The notes under the pieces are model-generated. The model saw only the letters and a program-made list of their open reading frames with translations, had not been told where the DNA came from and searched no databases. From a virus (lineage: Duplodnaviria; Caudoviricetes): 64,000 bases of DNA. The stretch spans positions 32,001 to 96,000 of IMG/VR virus record IMGVR_UViG_3300029288_000097. One strand, written 5' to 3'. Positions 49,382-59,633 of this stretch are shown in pieces; positions within the stretch are counted from its first letter, which is position 1; the number at the start of each line of letters is the position of its first letter. A program made the translations under genes and the position numbers.

Positions 49382-51210
49382 GCCAGGACTTAAACATAAT
49401 TGAAGTATCTATAGAAGACTCACTTGGTCAAATAGCCAAAACTTGCACATTAACTTTGGCTCCGGCTTCTGCTGTCACTGCACCAGTTGCAGAGTTTGGA
49501 CGCCCTGGCGATACTCCACGCCTATGCTCAACTGATATACGACCTAATGGCGTGATATTCGATATTGTGGCTGGCTACGGAGGCGTTGTCCCTCATGTAA
49601 TCTTTAGTGGCTCTATCGAATATATGGATGATCTTGATGATGCCGAAGCTATGACATTCAAAATCATCCTATCAGAAGTTCCAAGAGGTTTTCCTCATAG
49701 GCAAAAACGAAGTGCTGTCTGGAATATGACTGATAAAGGCGAAGACAGCATGGAGGCTGTAAGTGCTCACCAGGTTTTATCCACAATCTGTGGAAAGGCT
49801 GGTATTGGCGTAGGTCGATGTGACTTCCCAGACTATAATATCTGGGGTACATACGAAGTGGCCCAACAATCTCCCATAGAAGTGGCTCAAAGTCTTTATG
49901 GCCCATTCAATATCAGTGACCATTTGAAATACTTTACTCGAATCGATAGAAATGGTCTGAATGTCATTGCCGTCAACTACGCCAAAGCATCTGGTATAGC
50001 ACACTACGAGCCCGCTTCACTGCTTAAAAGACAATCACACTATGAAGTATTTGTGCCCGAAATCACCAACAATGGTGACATCCTACTCACTGGTGGAGAT
50101 CGTTACACGAATAAAGCTGATGCTTTAGGGCATTGGGAAGTAGACTGTTATCATACTTACTATGAAAACTCCTCCGATCTGACAGAAGGTGCCGGTGTCA
50201 CTCGTGAGACAGAGAAATGGTCAGATTTTCAATTCAGAGTTGAGCTTACTATCCAAAAAGAAGTAATAGGAGACAACACCACAATCAATATCCCAGCCAT
50301 TCCCGGTGGAGATATTGATACCGTAGTTGCGGCAGTAAAAAATGGTGATTTTGATACATGCACCATTCTTGAAAGCTTTTGCACTCATATATTCGAGCAA
50401 GTATCAGGTGATATTCGTGGCAGCTATATGGTAATGCAGGAACGCGAGACCAATGTTACCTATGAAGAGAAAAACTTCAATGGAAACGGTATGCTTGCAA
50501 CTTCTTTTATGGATACTACGAAACTTGTCCCGACTTATGATGAGATGGTAGAATCCCATAGCTGTGGTGATGGATTAGCTCCAACACATATGGTGCGAAA
50601 CTGGTACTTCTATGATGAAGTAGGATCACCGTCTGCAACTGTTACAGCCGAATATTATTATGCCCGAGGGTGGCATCTAGCAAAGACCAGTGTTCAAAGT
50701 GGTGAGAACATGGGTATGACTAATGCTCAGATTCAGTTCTACCTAAATGCCTGGAATGCTTTAGAGAATCCACCTGCTGTACAGATTCCAAAGAAAGGTG
50801 TCCGATTCACCAGCAGTAAGACTCCTCTTTGTAAATACATGCTTCTTAACGGGACAAAGCTTGAACCGTTAATTATGCCCAAACTTCAAGCAAATCAGTC
50901 GTTTATCATAGACGAAGCATACTGGGCTGCTCTTGCAAAGTCACGTGCTGCAAAACAAATCAGTGGTCCTGGTATGGATTATGGTGGTCTTGGTAAAATC
51001 TGGAGTATAGTAACACAAGCTATGGCTTACCATACAGGTAGTTTCTACTGGCTCGTTGTCTCCGGGACTTACAGTATTGACACAACTCCTGTAGTTGGGG
51101 AATCAATCAAAGTAGGTGGAGCTGCTGGCATTTGTGAATCATATAAGCATATGATTACATCAGATGAAGCAATCACACAAATTACACTAAGGAGGCTGGC
51201 ATCAGACTAA
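49378..51210 (+). CDS. Baseplate hub/Tal-like protein
   Basis: N-terminal V.I.DSL...AKTC.LTL and IFSG.I; C-terminal ES.KH.I......T.I.L. Confidence 0.6.
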   Translation: MSQDLNIIEVSIEDSLGQIAKTCTLTLAPASAVTAPVAEFGRPGDTPRLCSTDIRPNGVIFDIVAGYGGVVPHVIFSGSIEYMDDLDDAEAMTFKIILSEVPRGFPHRQKRSAVWNMTDKGEDSMEAVSAHQVLSTICGKAGIGVGRCDFPDYNIWGTYEVAQQSPIEVAQSLYGPFNISDHLKYFTRIDRNGLNVIAVNYAKASGIAHYEPASLLKRQSHYEVFVPEITNNGDILLTGGDRYTNKADALGHWEVDCYHTYYENSSDLTEGAGVTRETEKWSDFQFRVELTIQKEVIGDNTTINIPAIPGGDIDTVVAAVKNGDFDTCTILESFCTHIFEQVSGDIRGSYMVMQERETNVTYEEKNFNGNGMLATSFMDTTKLVPTYDEMVESHSCGDGLAPTHMVRNWYFYDEVGSPSATVTAEYYYARGWHLAKTSVQSGENMGMTNAQIQFYLNAWNALENPPAVQIPKKGVRFTSSKTPLCKYMLLNGTKLEPLIMPKLQANQSFIIDEAYWAALAKSRAAKQISGPGMDYGGLGKIWSIVTQAMAYHTGSFYWLVVSGTYSIDTTPVVGESIKVGGAAGICESYKHMITSDEAITQITLRRLASD

Positions 51211-51401
51211 TGGCTGACCAACTCTTAGAATACGGCATAGTTATCGCTTTAAGCAAAAATCCTGACTGGTGTACTATCACAGACGGTTACTTCAGTGCGT
51301 CAGCATATATCTCAAGCGGAGTAACTGTTCAAGTAGGTAAAAGCTACATGGTCCATAAACGTGGCACTACTTACTACATAGGTCAGGAGATTCAAAGCTA
51401 A
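51210..51401 (+). CDS. Small OB-fold-like tail tip protein
   Basis: G.V.......C.I.DG...VQVG..Y.V pattern; coupled to neighbours. Confidence 0.5.
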   Translation: MADQLLEYGIVIALSKNPDWCTITDGYFSASAYISSGVTVQVGKSYMVHKRGTTYYIGQEIQS

Positions 51402-54400
51402 ATGAGCGATCCAGTCGTATGTAAAATATGCGGTTTTGCAAAAGAATCAACCGCAAAAGAACAGACACAGGCTGTTAAGAGTCAGGAAGATGAAAGTACT
51501 GAAGCTTTAACAGGTGGATTTAACCGTGCCTACCACAAAGCAGACGCAGCCATCGTTTTTGTCTTGGGTTATAAAACCAAAGATGGTGGCGTAAAAACTC
51601 GACAAATAGACGTTTTCTCTGCCATGAATGGCTATCATATTCGCTCAATGCCTGATCGCCGATACCGTAATCCTGTAATGGTTGGTGGTGGCGACAACTT
51701 CATTGCTGTTGTAGATCGCTTCCAGGATACCGATGTCATCCGAATCACGGATAAATACTTTGGTCTTACTGAAGATGACTTCGATGACTATGGTCTTCCT
51801 CGGGAAGAAATAGACCTTGATAAAGTCGATGATCTACTGCAAGTTACAACACCCCAGGGCAGCCGAGTGACCGGACTTACCATCCTTCCCCGTGGGATTT
51901 TAATAGCTAACATCACAAAAGAAGATGGTATCCCACGCTACATCAAAGTTGATGTACGCACAACTTTAGGACAAGACACACAGCCTGGTTTCAATGGTAT
52001 AGATACCCTGACAGACCCTTTCTATTCGTGGGGTAACATGATAGGGGCTCCGGCTCCATATGACATTGCTCTCGGCTCCAGTATGCTTCTCTTTGCTACA
52101 ATCATAAGTGATGGTCAAGATAAACATGGAGTAGCCATAGTTGATCTTACATTGGGTGAAGTAATAGCCTATGTCGGTTTACCAAGTAAGTATACACCTC
52201 TTCAGGTATCACACGGGCAAGGAGTTATCCATGTTCTTGTAAAAGATGAAGATGCACCGGTATCTGATAACGAGACTGATCCTACGTTCGGTAATAAAGT
52301 TCTCCGTATCCCAGTCATCTATGGAAATTACATGCTCTCTGGCGGTCTTGAAAACGATGCTATGATTCTGGAACCGCAAGACTACCAAGTTTCAAAAACC
52401 TATCAGGTTAAAGATGCTGCGAGTGAACAAGACACAGATTTACCCGCTTACATAGAAGGTGCTCGTCAACTGAATAGCAACTATGATGTCGATGCAATCG
52501 GAGACAAGGTGACAGCCGAAGATATAAGTGTAACGGCCCCTAGCGGCCTCTCAGAGGGCCAAAATACGGCTTCTAGCACAGAGCTTGCCTCCAGACCTCA
52601 GACCACGGATTCTGATGCAGCAAGCAACACCTATGACGATTCTCGAAATATACCTGTGAAAGTTATCACTCTACCTGATGACAGACGCATATTTGCTATC
52701 GGAACTGTTGGAAATACATTAGTTGAGGGTGGTTATGCATGGGATGAGGCTAATACAGAAGACCCCAGAGACACCAGCAAACCTCTCTTCTTCGTATTTC
52801 ACAATTCACACTATGACTATCTGTCTGATGGTGGATTCATCTACGGTTGCGTAAAAGAGGTAAATAAAACTGATGCAAGTGGAAACGTAATCAACGGCTC
52901 CGATGGAGAACCTGAAACTGAATATAAAAGTGTAGTTGTCACAAACGATTTCACTCCAATAGCTATGGGATTCGATAACCAAGCCGTCCCTGGTGTGCTA
53001 CGCACTTTACCTGACATGGGTGTGGTCTTAGTCGATGCAAAAACAAATCGTCCTATGTATCGGCATCCAAAAAATCTTGGAGTAAAAGTCTATGCTGGCT
53101 CATACGCCAGTGCTCAATACACTGATGAGAATAAAGTCATTCGTTCAGTATGTTCCGATGAAGCTGACAGTTTGGCTACTACATTAGATGGCATCACACG
53201 ACCTATAACGCCACCAGCAGCTCGAAAACCAGAACGCGATCCTACACCGCATGAAATACCTGGTTATGATCCAGACTACTATCCTGTAGAAGCCTATGGA
53301 AATGCACACGAGTATGATATGCCTTTTGAGGTATTAAGCAGAAGTGTGGTGCCTGGCAGTGATAAAGCTCTTGTCCAGCTGGCTCATAGTTCATGGAGTA
53401 TGCGTGAAGATAACATAGCAGCTATCACTCCCGCCTTACTCCCTGAATGGCGTGATGGCCTTATATTTGATATGGAGCCAGTTGTCACTATCGACAAAAA
53501 CTCAGAAAATGGCGAGACATTCTGGGAAAAAGGGTCTTCATCCAATGATCCAAGTTTTGTCGCTACAGCAGCCGGTGGTTTCTGGTTCCTTGACTTACTC
53601 AAAGTCCGCACTCGTTTGAAAGACGAATATGAAGAAGACCTTATAGAGCTACAAGAGCAGCTTCAGACTCTCCAGGATCAAAAACAAGCCTATGAAGATG
53701 AATTGAACGGTGATCCAGCTCCTACTAATGAGCGAAAAACACAACTTCAGAGTCTTATAACGAGCATAGAAAATCAAATTACATCTGTTGAAAACCAGAT
53801 CGATGCAAAAAAAGATGCCATAGCTGAGTGTGGTGATGACTACGACAGTAATCCAGTAATGTTTCGCACTCCCCGGAATATCTTAAACAAAGTCTACAAG
53901 CTGGATGCTCATAATGCACAGACCATTGATCCTATAGAAGGCACTCAAAACATCAAAAGTGTCACTCCCATTGATGAAGGAAATGGTGCATGGGATTCCT
54001 GTAATGTTGAGATAGTTCGACACGATACTGAACTGAACACAGACGTAACCGAAACAAAAGAATGCGGCATTCTTGTTGATCCCGGCATCCGTAGTTGGAT
54101 TGGTCTCGATGTCAAATGTAATTACTGGGGAGTCTTTGTAAATGGTATAGCTGGCTACTCTTTCGATGAGACCATAGAAAACGGTCTTGGCCGATGTGCT
54201 GGCACAAATAGAGTATATTCACACTCACCCGGAGATAATCCCTTTGATTGGGTTGATGGTAGCATCTATGAAGCTGGTTACATTTGCAGCCCATGGGGAG
54301 ATGGTGCCTGGGGTCGATTTGAAGTACTTGTCGAGTTTAATGGTAAGCCAGCCAAGAAAATAGCAACCAGAGTTACCTACTATGAACAGCTATATGATCT

Positions 54401-54932
54401 GGCTCCATCTGAATTACAAACTCGTCTTATGGCTGATATGTTGGTCGAAGATGATGTAGAGAATGGATTTCACGATGGAAAAGTCTATTATTCTGACGAG
54501 ATAATCGATGAAGTCCGTATCCGTATACGGTTAGTCAACTATGCTACCGATGTCTTTATGATCGGCTTCAAAACGCTCTCTATCGATCATCCTTGGTGGT
54601 GGAACTGTCCTGGATATGATCCAGGGTATCTGGCAGGTAATAACTGTGAAGCCATGGGTTGTGGTAATCTTACGTGCACATCTCTGATGTTTGGTGGCGA
54701 TCATAAGCTCTACCCAGCCCAAGAGTCAATACCACTGACACGACAGCTTATATGGGAAGGTGAGGCCACATATACCATCAAAGATTCTGACAATCCTTAT
54801 CTTCAGGATGGTTTACAAGTTGGTTATTTTATGGACTGTTATTTCAATTTTGATCTTATGGCACCTATGACAGCTTATCGTGTTGACATCAGTGAAGATA
54901 CATACAAACCCGGCGAAACAACAGGGCTATAA
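51402..54932 (+). CDS. Large acidic tail-tip protein with an internal coiled coil
   Basis: 1176 aa; heptad segment LIELQEQLQTLQDQK...IENQITSVENQID. Confidence 0.65.
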   Translation: MSDPVVCKICGFAKESTAKEQTQAVKSQEDESTEALTGGFNRAYHKADAAIVFVLGYKTKDGGVKTRQIDVFSAMNGYHIRSMPDRRYRNPVMVGGGDNFIAVVDRFQDTDVIRITDKYFGLTEDDFDDYGLPREEIDLDKVDDLLQVTTPQGSRVTGLTILPRGILIANITKEDGIPRYIKVDVRTTLGQDTQPGFNGIDTLTDPFYSWGNMIGAPAPYDIALGSSMLLFATIISDGQDKHGVAIVDLTLGEVIAYVGLPSKYTPLQVSHGQGVIHVLVKDEDAPVSDNETDPTFGNKVLRIPVIYGNYMLSGGLENDAMILEPQDYQVSKTYQVKDAASEQDTDLPAYIEGARQLNSNYDVDAIGDKVTAEDISVTAPSGLSEGQNTASSTELASRPQTTDSDAASNTYDDSRNIPVKVITLPDDRRIFAIGTVGNTLVEGGYAWDEANTEDPRDTSKPLFFVFHNSHYDYLSDGGFIYGCVKEVNKTDASGNVINGSDGEPETEYKSVVVTNDFTPIAMGFDNQAVPGVLRTLPDMGVVLVDAKTNRPMYRHPKNLGVKVYAGSYASAQYTDENKVIRSVCSDEADSLATTLDGITRPITPPAARKPERDPTPHEIPGYDPDYYPVEAYGNAHEYDMPFEVLSRSVVPGSDKALVQLAHSSWSMREDNIAAITPALLPEWRDGLIFDMEPVVTIDKNSENGETFWEKGSSSNDPSFVATAAGGFWFLDLLKVRTRLKDEYEEDLIELQEQLQTLQDQKQAYEDELNGDPAPTNERKTQLQSLITSIENQITSVENQIDAKKDAIAECGDDYDSNPVMFRTPRNILNKVYKLDAHNAQTIDPIEGTQNIKSVTPIDEGNGAWDSCNVEIVRHDTELNTDVTETKECGILVDPGIRSWIGLDVKCNYWGVFVNGIAGYSFDETIENGLGRCAGTNRVYSHSPGDNPFDWVDGSIYEAGYICSPWGDGAWGRFEVLVEFNGKPAKKIATRVTYYEQLYDLAPSELQTRLMADMLVEDDVENGFHDGKVYYSDEIIDEVRIRIRLVNYATDVFMIGFKTLSIDHPWWWNCPGYDPGYLAGNNCEAMGCGNLTCTSLMFGGDHKLYPAQESIPLTRQLIWEGEATYTIKDSDNPYLQDGLQVGYFMDCYFNFDLMAPMTAYRVDISEDTYKPGETTGL

Positions 54933-56197
54933 TGATACTCTATACCACATTCAATCAAATATTGGCTGCCATGGAAGACGCCACAACATACCTAAAGTGG
55001 ATCGAAGATAAACTTACAGGTAATCGAAACACCTATGGCTTAGATACGCCCATTTACATCCTCGATGTGTTGAATACTATGGGGATTCATGATGCTCTCT
55101 TACTGATGGACTGCTGTATTCAAGATGTCACTGCTATTCGGAAAATCATCGGTATAGACCTTGCACGTAATTTCCAGGGAGCATGGCAAGCTTACACCTC
55201 TGCTGGGGATATGGGCAAATTAGATAACCTACTTGTATTTGCTGAACGCTGTATGGATGCTCAAAGTGCTGATACCACACGCTATGACTACTGTGGTGAT
55301 CCTATCCCAGGCAGCGGTGATGTGACTTCAGCTCAAGTAGATACATTGATTACTCAAATAACTGCCATTTACGATGAATGGGTTTACTCTATACCAGTGC
55401 AGCCAATCTATAGCTGGACACCTGTCGGGGCTACTACGCGTACAAATGATAGCATACCAGCCTATCAGCAAGATGAATGGGCTTATGAAACTGAAGCTTA
55501 TGTAGATTGGATGAATCCTGGTAGTTCACTCAAATCGAGTGATGTTGCTTCTATGGGAAATAAAGATATTGCTCAATCCATGGCAAATGATCCTGACACA
55601 TTCTACAACATCTCCCTACAACTCCAACAGAAAATACTTGATACTACCAACTACCTTTACCAGCGAGTTAAAATCTGGCCGAGAGGTAGTGATACTATGG
55701 TTATCAACCATGAAGCACAAGCTGCTCAATATGCAGCCAAAGCAGCTATTGCAGCTGCACGTCTCGCTTCCAGGGGTATAGGCAGCCTCACAACAATTAT
55801 GCTATACTGTCAACGAGCACAAGCATCTACCAACTCGGCCAACTATCGAGCAATAACTCGTGCTATGTTACGAACCAGAGAACTCGGCTCTATGATAATG
55901 CCCTATCCGGCATTCCCAGCTGATGATCCGGCTTACGATATTGAAGTGGACATCATCAATCAGGCACAGAATCTTAGGGCTTCATTGTTCCGAGACCAAG
56001 CATTCATTACCCAGTATGATGCAGATTATAACGGTGACTTGAATGCTACTGAGTTCATAGCCCTCGAAAATGGGGTAAGAACAGCTATGAAAGCAAAGGC
56101 AAAAGAACTGTCCGATGCTTATTATGCTGCACAAACTTCAGGTGGCACAGATTTAGTAGCCACGATTGACGGTATACTCAGAGGGTATCTGGTGTAA
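54932..56197 (+). CDS. Hypothetical virion-region protein with an EF-hand-like motif
   Basis: DADYNGDLNATE loop near the C-terminus. Confidence 0.65.
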   Translation: MILYTTFNQILAAMEDATTYLKWIEDKLTGNRNTYGLDTPIYILDVLNTMGIHDALLLMDCCIQDVTAIRKIIGIDLARNFQGAWQAYTSAGDMGKLDNLLVFAERCMDAQSADTTRYDYCGDPIPGSGDVTSAQVDTLITQITAIYDEWVYSIPVQPIYSWTPVGATTRTNDSIPAYQQDEWAYETEAYVDWMNPGSSLKSSDVASMGNKDIAQSMANDPDTFYNISLQLQQKILDTTNYLYQRVKIWPRGSDTMVINHEAQAAQYAAKAAIAAARLASRGIGSLTTIMLYCQRAQASTNSANYRAITRAMLRTRELGSMIMPYPAFPADDPAYDIEVDIINQAQNLRASLFRDQAFITQYDADYNGDLNATEFIALENGVRTAMKAKAKELSDAYYAAQTSGGTDLVATIDGILRGYLV

Positions 56198-56232
56198 AAT
56201 ATATCTAAAGCTATTTCCAGGAGGCATCTATA

Positions 56233-56622
56233 ATGCGTCGATTGAATGAACTGCTATTACATACAAGCACGGAATATGCAGAACTTCTCCTGGGAGTAAT
56301 ATCAACATTCACAGGCATTTGGCTGTGTTTCCCCGTTTGCCATGCTGGTTTCTGTGACTGGCAACTCCAACAACATGTCCCGGAATATTGGGGTGTTATG
56401 CTCCTGATCGCTGGTCTCCTCAAACTATCTGGAATCCTCTGGTTGGTATTCAAAATCCGTCAAACTTCATGTGGGATTGCAACTCTTGTATGGTTCTTTC
56501 TTACCTTGACCTTTTTTATGTCTAACCGACCTGAGTTCTGTACGATGGCGGCTCCTCTAACCCTTGTATTAGCCGTCTTCAACGCCCTAATCTACATCAA
56601 ACTATGGATGGTAACTCGATGA
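56233..56622 (+). CDS. Multi-pass membrane protein (holin candidate)
   Basis: Four hydrophobic segments; GGAGG RBS. Confidence 0.6.
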   Translation: MRRLNELLLHTSTEYAELLLGVISTFTGIWLCFPVCHAGFCDWQLQQHVPEYWGVMLLIAGLLKLSGILWLVFKIRQTSCGIATLVWFFLTLTFFMSNRPEFCTMAAPLTLVLAVFNALIYIKLWMVTR

Positions 56623-56990
56623 ACTGGGAAACTCTAGTGGTGGCCCTCCTTGGTGGAGGACTCGTACAAGGCATTGCAAGTCTGGCAAGTTATTATGTAA
56701 GACGAAAAGAAATCAAAGTCACTGATGATGCTGGTGTGCGCGATTCACTTCAAAAACAAGTGGACGGTCTTATGAAAGAGCGAACCCAACTCATAGCTGA
56801 GATTGACAAACTTTCTGATCGATGTGGTGACATTGAAAAAGAAAATCGTGAGCTGAGTCGGCAAAATAGAGAGCTAAATGAGGAAATAACCAAGTTACGT
56901 AAAGAGAGTTTCGATAAAGAGTGTGAAATGACATGTAAAATCGATACTCTTAAACAAGAGGTCGAGAAACTGAAAAATGCGTCTTGTTGA
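56619..56990 (+). CDS. N-terminal TM plus coiled-coil protein (holin/spanin-like)
   Basis: LVVALLGGGLV TM followed by a long heptad pattern. Confidence 0.6.
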   Translation: MNWETLVVALLGGGLVQGIASLASYYVRRKEIKVTDDAGVRDSLQKQVDGLMKERTQLIAEIDKLSDRCGDIEKENRELSRQNRELNEEITKLRKESFDKECEMTCKIDTLKQEVEKLKNASC

Positions 56991-57258
56991 TCGCATAAAA
57001 CGAGCTGCTACAGCCAAACTTAAGCATATTCGCTTCGATGGTAGTATCAGCACTGACATTACCCATTACTGCCCGGAATGCGGATTCCCCAAGCCGGAAC
57101 GTACAGTGCTGCCCGGAGTAGATTTTGACGAGCATGGCTGGTATCAGGTAGAACAGTATACCTGTCAAAATACTGATTGTGGTCATACTTGGAAAGAGAA
57201 AGTTATCGTTCAGGGTGGTGGCCGTGTTCACTACTATGGAGGTAATCCACGTGGCTAG
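56977..57258 (+). CDS. Zinc-ribbon protein
   Basis: CPECG ... CQNTDCGHTW. Confidence 0.65.
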   Translation: MRLVDRIKRAATAKLKHIRFDGSISTDITHYCPECGFPKPERTVLPGVDFDEHGWYQVEQYTCQNTDCGHTWKEKVIVQGGGRVHYYGGNPRG

Positions 57259-57646
57259 AGCAACTGAACTGAAGAATCCTGATGGATCACATGGTGGTTA
57301 CTGTGTCTTTTGCCCGGCTTGTAAATGTGGGCATATGTTCGATAGTCGTTGGGAGTTCAATGGCGATATGGACAGACCTACATTCCGACCATCTATGCTT
57401 GTCCACGAACACAAGTTTGGTAATCGTATCAGACCGGCTTGCCACTCATTCATAACCAATGGCTTTATCACATTCCTTGATGACTGTGGTCACGAACTGG
57501 CCGGACAACAAGTAGAGCTACCTGATTGGGATGAAATGGAAAAGCAGCCTTGCATCCCTTGTGAAGAATGTGCCAAAGAGCCATGCTGTGAAGATCATAA
57601 AGAAAACCCCAATGTAGTTGGCTGCATCGACGGTGTACGCCTCTAA
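57251..57646 (+). CDS. DUF6527-like Cys/His-rich protein
   Basis: FCPAC...H, W.FNGD..RPTF.PS, CHSFIT.G...FL.DC.H.LAGQ.V.LP; GTG start with GGAGG RBS. Confidence 0.75.
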   Translation: MARATELKNPDGSHGGYCVFCPACKCGHMFDSRWEFNGDMDRPTFRPSMLVHEHKFGNRIRPACHSFITNGFITFLDDCGHELAGQQVELPDWDEMEKQPCIPCEECAKEPCCEDHKENPNVVGCIDGVRL

Positions 57647-57700
57647 ATCCCCGCATTTGTACCAGGTGTCTCTTTCTTCGATCCATGCTATACTGTCCCT

Positions 57701-58135
57701 ATGTTACAGCGTTTTGTGGCTTGCATGCTATTGATATTGAGTAGCGTACAGCCTTTATCTGACAGTCCAAAACCCATACTTCCCACACCCAAAAAGAAGA
57801 TTGTGCAGAAACAACCTGCCGAAGTGTGGTATGATGGACAGGTCACAACCTATGCGAAATACTTTGAAGGTCGCCGAATGGCCTGTGGACGTATATTCAG
57901 GCATTCGGGGCACGACATAGCTTGCCGTGGTGGGATTTTAGGCCGTAGGGTAGAACTTCGATATGGCAAAAATGGCCGATCCGTGTGTGTCATTTCAGAT
58001 CGTGGCCGACTGCCTTTCCATCAACCGTCCTGCTGGCAATTCGACGTACCCAAACAAGTGGCTCGTGAGCTTGGACTATATTCACTCAAAAACGGGAAAA
58101 CCGACCGTAAAATCCGTTGGAGGTATATCGAATGA
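57701..58135 (+). CDS. RlpA-like double-psi beta-barrel lytic transglycosylase with a signal peptide (endolysin candidate)
   Basis: G..T.Y...FEGR.MA.G..F, ISDRG and FDV....A.ELG. Confidence 0.8.
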   Translation: MLQRFVACMLLILSSVQPLSDSPKPILPTPKKKIVQKQPAEVWYDGQVTTYAKYFEGRRMACGRIFRHSGHDIACRGGILGRRVELRYGKNGRSVCVISDRGRLPFHQPSCWQFDVPKQVARELGLYSLKNGKTDRKIRWRYIE

Positions 58136-58416
58136 CTCATTACTTTGCCGACTGGCGTTTGTGGCTCCTATCATTACTCATGGGGCCAATTGCATGGATC
58201 ATCATTATCAAAACCTATCTCGTTTTAAGCAAACAGCTTGGCTACATCCGCAAATGGTATGTCGGCCTCCCAGTTTACTACTGGTTCTGCATGCTTCTCA
58301 TCATTCTCGGTGCCAAGAATCTTAGCCCTAAGCATTGTGAATGGCGTAGATTGGACGGTAAGTGGTATGTAACCGTAAACACGCCAGGATTCCAAGCAGA
58401 AGGGCCAAAGAAATGA
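58132..58416 (+). CDS. Small membrane protein
   Basis: Two hydrophobic helices; GGAGG RBS. Confidence 0.6.
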   Translation: MTHYFADWRLWLLSLLMGPIAWIIIIKTYLVLSKQLGYIRKWYVGLPVYYWFCMLLIILGAKNLSPKHCEWRRLDGKWYVTVNTPGFQAEGPKK

Positions 58417-59633
58417 CAACACCCATCGTCCTGTACACGACACCAACACTCGAAAAGACAGACTCGACCGGAAAGACCTTATTCTGGGAAGGCTATGCAT
58501 GCCAAAACCCAGAAGAAGGCTATTGCTATATCTATTCAATCTCCTGGCAGTCACTCAAAAGTGGTGGCTCTTCAGCCCGAGTTACAAGTGACCATAGTAA
58601 GGTCAAAGGCAAAAATGTGGGCCGTGCCAATGAGACCTCGGACGAAGAGCAGGCTATCTTCGAGATCGGCGTTAAAGAGCGCGAGAAGCGCGATTCTGGC
58701 TATCATGAGGCCGGACAAGAGGCTGACATCCTACCACTGCCAATGCTGGCCCACGTATTCTACGATGTGATGGCCTACGAGTTCGACAAAAAGGGCAATC
58801 TTATCCGTGAATATGTGAAGACCAAAGGTCAAAAAGCCAAAATCAAGTTCCCATGTGGAGCCCAACCCAAGTTTGATGGCGTCCGCTGCCTGATGGACAG
58901 TGAAAAAGCCTGGAGCCGGAACGGTAAACTCTGGAAACCTGAGATCGTAAGACACCTGATGTTCGATACCAATGGTAGTATACTCGATGGAGAACTGATT
59001 CTGGCTCCTGAAGCCGGAGGATTCCAGAAAACCACATCTGCAGTCAACAAAGTATCGGAGCTGACACCCCACCTGCAATACTACGTTTATGACTGTCTGC
59101 CGGACGAACACAACATCGATGAGCATACGCCTTACAAGCAGAGGTATGCATACCTGCAATATATGTTCAGAAGTGCCAAAATGAGCGGCCTACTGCCCGA
59201 AAACGTGATTCTGGTCAAGACCGTAGAGGTTCGAGACGAAGATCATGCCGTTAGAATGCACGATAAAGCTGTTGCGATGGGCTATGAGGGACTTATTGTC
59301 CGAAATTGGAATGGTAATTATGGCCTGGACAAACGCTCTCATAACCTGCAGAAAATCAAAGTATTCGTTACCGAGGAGTTCAATATCGTTGACTGTATAG
59401 ATGGCCGGGGTGCAGATGAGGAAGCAATCATCTATGTCTGTGAGACAGACGAAGGTAAACGCTTCAAAGCCCGTCCTGGTGGCACCATTGAGAGTCGTAA
59501 AGGACTCTGGCTATCATTCTGCGAGGGTTCTTATGATCCAATTGGCAAGAAACTCACCGTCAAGTTCCAGAATTATACCGATGCAGGTAAACCCCGGTTC
59601 CCAGTAGCCCTGGCAGTGAGGGATTATGAGTAA
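58413..59633 (+). CDS. ATP-dependent DNA ligase
   Basis: AQPKFDGVRC (motif I), LDGEL, YVYD, YEGLIVR, LQKIK and PRFPV. Confidence 0.95.
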   Translation: MTTPIVLYTTPTLEKTDSTGKTLFWEGYACQNPEEGYCYIYSISWQSLKSGGSSARVTSDHSKVKGKNVGRANETSDEEQAIFEIGVKEREKRDSGYHEAGQEADILPLPMLAHVFYDVMAYEFDKKGNLIREYVKTKGQKAKIKFPCGAQPKFDGVRCLMDSEKAWSRNGKLWKPEIVRHLMFDTNGSILDGELILAPEAGGFQKTTSAVNKVSELTPHLQYYVYDCLPDEHNIDEHTPYKQRYAYLQYMFRSAKMSGLLPENVILVKTVEVRDEDHAVRMHDKAVAMGYEGLIVRNWNGNYGLDKRSHNLQKIKVFVTEEFNIVDCIDGRGADEEAIIYVCETDEGKRFKARPGGTIESRKGLWLSFCEGSYDPIGKKLTVKFQNYTDAGKPRFPVALAVRDYE

